From positions 5,394,001 through 5,458,000 of the forward strand of contig NC_086097.1 of the NCBI RefSeq assembly GCF_963921235.1: a DNA stretch of 64,000 nucleotides, written 5' to 3'. Made by a program: the position numbers and the translations under genes. This DNA comes from Mobula hypostoma. Its lineage: Eukaryota. The notes under the pieces were generated by a model. That model was given only the letters and a program-made list of their open reading frames with translations, searched no databases and was not told the DNA's origin. Below are positions 60,368 to 64,000 of the stretch, piece after piece; within the stretch, counting starts at the first letter, position 1; every line of letters begins with the position of its first letter.

Positions 60368-60909
60368 ATTTTTACAAGTAACAGGATAAGAAGAGGTATA
60401 CTCCAAGTAGCTGTGAGAATCAGTGGTTTTATAATAGACATTAGCAGATATGCTGTTTCCAGGGATAGAGACAGAGATTGAGAAAGGGGAGGGAGGTATT
60501 AGAAATGGACCGGGTAAATTTGAGGGTAGGGTGGAAGTTAGAGACAAAGTTGTTGAGGCCTCATTTCTTTCTTCCATGGCCTTCTGTCCTCTCCTATCAG
60601 ATTCTCCCTTCTCAAGCCCTGTATCTCTTTCACCAATCAACTTCCCAGCTCTTTACTTCACTCCTCCTCCCCCTCCTCCTTGTCTGCTGGTTTCACCTAT
60701 CACTGTGTATTTCATCCTCCCCTCCCCCACCTTTTCACTCTGACTTCTCATTTTTTTCTCCAGTCCTGTTGAAGGGTCTTGGCCCAAAATGTCAACTCTA
60801 CTCTTTTCGATAGATGCTGCATGACCTGCTGAGTTCCTCCAGCATTTTATTGTATAAAGTACTAACACTTTACCAGTTTCTGGAATGGTTCCAGAAGGTT
60901 CCAGAAGGT

Positions 60910-62680
60910 TAAGACAAATGTAGGTCCCCTACAGACAGAAACAGGTGAATTGATTATGGGGAGCAAGGACATGGCAGACCAGTTGAATAATTACTTTGGT
61001 TCTGTCTTCACTAAGGAGGACATAAATAATCTTCCGGAAATAGTAGGAGACAGAGAGTCCAGTGAGATGGAGGAACTGAGGGAAATGCATGTTAGTAGGG
61101 AAGTGGTGTTAGGTAAATTGAAGGGATTAAAGGCAGATAAATCCCCAGGGCCAGATGGTCTGCATCCCAGAGTGCTTAAGGAAGTAGCCCAAGAAATAAT
61201 GGATGCATTAGTGATAATTTTTCAAAACTCTTTAGATTCTGGACTAGTTCCTGGCTAATGTAACCCCACTTTTTAAAAAATGAGGGAGAGAGAAACCAGG
61301 GAATTATAGACTGGTTAGCCTAACATCAGTGGTGTGGGAAATGCTAGAGTCAGTTACCAAAGATGTGTTAACAGCACATTTGGAAAGCGGTGAAATCATC
61401 GGACAAAGTCAGCATGGATCTGTGAGAGGAAAATCATGTCTGACGAATCTCATGGAATTTTTTAACGATGCAACTAGTCGAGTGGATAGGGGAGAACCAG
61501 TGGATGTGGTATAGTTGGATTTTCAAAAGGCTTTTGACAAGGTCCCACACAGGAGATTCGTGTGCAAACTTAAAGCACACGGTACTGGGGTAAGTTATTG
61601 ATGTGGATAGAGAATTGGTTGGCAGACAGGAAGCGAAGAGTGGGAGTAAATGGGACCTTTTCAGAATGGCAGGCAGTGACTAGTGGGGTACCGCAAGGCT
61701 CAGTGCTGGGACCCCAGTTGTTTACAATATATATTAATGACTTAGATGAGGGAATTAAATGCAACATCTCCAAGTTTGCGGATGACACGAAGCTGGGCGG
61801 CAGTGTTAGCTGTTAGGAGGATGCTAAGAGGATGCAGGGTGACTTGGATAGGTTAGGTGAGTGGGCAAATGCATGGCAGATACAATTTAATATGGATAAA
61901 TGTGAGGTTATCCACTTTGGTGGCAAAAATAGGAAAACAGATCATTATCTGAATGGTGGCCGATTAGGAAAAGGGGAGGTGCAACGAGACCTGGGTGTCA
62001 TTATACACCAGTCATTGAAAGTGGGCATGCAGCTACAGCAGGCGGTGAAAAAGGCGTATGGTATGCTGGCATTCATAGCAAGAGGATTCGAGTACTGGAG
62101 CAGGGATGTACTACTGAAGTTGTACAAGGCCTTGGTGAGACCACACCTGGAGTATTGTGTGCAGTTTTGGTCCCCTAATCTGAGGGAAGACATTCTTGCC
62201 ATAGAGAGAGTACAAAGAATGTTCACCAGATTGATTCCTGGGATGGCAGGACTTTCATATGATGAAAGACCGGATCGACTACGCTTATACTTGTTGGAAT
62301 TTAGAAGATTGAGGGGGGATCTTATTGAAACGTATAAAATCCTAATGGGATTGGACAGGCTAGATGCAGGAAGTTTGTTCCCGATGTTGGGGAAGTCCAG
62401 AACGAGGGGTCACAGTTTGAGGACAAAGGGGAAGCCTTTTAGGACCGAGATTTGGAAAAACTTCTTCACACAGAGTGGTGTATCTGTGGAATTCTCTGCC
62501 GGAGGAAACAGTTGAGGCCAGTTCATTGAATATATTTAAGAGGGAGTTATATATGGCCCTTGTGGCTAAAGGGATCAGGGGGTATGGAGGGAAGGCTGGT
62601 ACAGGGTTCTGAGTTGGATGATCAGCCATGATCATACAGAATGGCAGTGCAGGCTCGAAGGGCTGAATGGTCTTCTCCTG
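60910..62680 (+). mobile_element. CR1 ORF2 RT fragment with several stops
   Basis: [49 protein letters not shown]. Confidence 0.92.
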
Positions 62681-64000
62681 CAACACACATCAAAGTTGCT
62701 GGTGAATGCAGCAGGCCAGGCAGCATCTCTAGGAAGAGGTACAGTCGACGTTTCAGGCCGAGACCCTTCGTCAGGACTAATTGAAGGAAGCGTGAGTAAG
62801 AGATTTGAAAGTTGGAGGGGGAGGGGGAGATCCAAAATGATAGGAGAAGACAGGAGGGGGAGGGATGGAGCCAAGAGCTGGACAGTTGATTGGCAAAAGG
62901 GATATGAGAGGATCATGGGACAGGAGGTCCGGGAAGAAAGACAAGCTGCGGGGCGGAACCCAGAGGATGGGCAAGGGGTATATTCAGAGGGACAGAGGGA
63001 GAAAAAGGAGAGTGAGAGAAAGAATGTGTGTATAAAAATAAGTAACGGATGGGGTACGATGGGGAGGTGGGGCATTAGCGGAAGTTAGAGAAGTCGATGT
63101 TCATGCCATCAGGTTGGAGGCTACCCAGACGGAATATAAAGTGTTGTTCCTCCAACCTGAGTGTGGTTTCATCTTTACAGTAGAGGAGGCTGTGGATAGA
63201 CATATCAGAATGGGAATGGGATGTGGAATTAAAATGTGTGGCCACTGGGAGATCCTGCTTTCTCTGGCGGACAGAGAGTAGGTGTTCAGCAAAGCGGTCT
63301 TCCAGTCTGCGTCGGGTCTCGCCAATTTATAAAAGGCCACATCGGGAGCACCGGACGCAGTATATCACCCCAGCCGACTCACAGGTGAAGTGTCGCCTCA
63401 CCTGGAAGGACTGTTTGGGGCCCTGAATGGTGGTAAGGGAGGAAGTGTAAGGGCATGTGTAGCACTTGTTCCGCTTACACGGATAAGTGCCAGGAGGGAA
63501 ATCAGTGGGGAGGGATGGGTGGGACGAATGGACAAGGGAGTCGCGTAGGGAGCGATCCCTGCGGAATGCAGAGAGGGGTGCGAGGGAAAGATGTGCTTAG
63601 TGGTGGGATCCCGTTGGAGGTGGCGGAAGTTACAGAGAATAATATGTTGGACCTGGAGGCTGGTGGGGTGGTAGGTGAGGACCAGGGGAACCCTATTCCT
63701 ACTGGGGTGGTGGGAGGATGGAGTGAGAGCAAATGTACGTGAAATGGGGGAGATGCGTTTAAGAGCAGAGTTGATAGTGGAGGAAGGGAAGCCCCTTTGT
63801 TTAAAAAAGGAGGACATCTCCCTCGTCCTAGAATGAAAAGCCTCATCCTGAGAGCAGATGCGGCGGAGACGGAGGAATTGCGAGAAGGGGATGGCGTTTT
63901 TGCAAGAGACAGGGTGAGAAGAGGAATAGTCCAGATAGCTGTGAGAGTCAGTAGGCTTATAGTAGACATCAGTGGATAAGCTGTCTCCAGAGACAGAGAC
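62680..64000 (-). mobile_element. Penelope-like element 3' part (runs off window end): RT thumb, GIY-YIG endonuclease, 3' UTR, terminal repeat with hammerhead
   Basis: VYYKPTDSHSYLDY, SQFLRLRRICS, RGFP, KCYTC, VIYCVRCSRCGLL*IGET..RFAEH; stop at 63077-63075; one frameshift. Confidence 0.9.

Overview
Repeat-rich vertebrate genomic DNA. The V-SINE/HE1-like SINEs, CR1 subfamilies and Penelope-like repeats suggest a cartilaginous fish, probably a ray or skate (inference). One host gene is supported: a + strand clade-A (alpha-1-antitrypsin-like, group V2) serpin with four coding exons, join(37290..37908,43353..43623,48313..48457,52813..53001), giving 407 aa. Its introns have the phase 1/2/0 pattern, and it has a probable non-coding first exon behind a TATA box with liver-type motifs. 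The serpin is atypical: Arg at P8, Leu at P9, Tyr for shutter His334, Ser for Phe312, predicted P2-P1-P1' Lys-Arg-Ser, and 8 N-glycosylation sequons. The rest is layered transposons: CR1, Rex1/Babar-like LINEs, Penelope-like elements, a Gypsy LTR/gag remnant, a Tc1 IR/DR element, a Buster-type hAT, MITEs and SINEs. The most striking hidden structure is RNA. Two short RTE-like non-autonomous families with no obvious sequence similarity start with folds matching an HDV-like self-cleaving ribozyme, and both carry an unusual extra hairpin inside loop L3. Penelope-like terminal repeats scatter minimal hammerhead cores through the window, including a 103-bp inverted pair inside a serpin intron. All folds were read by eye and no searches were run. 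Repeat boundaries are approximate unless a TSD or TIR is given.
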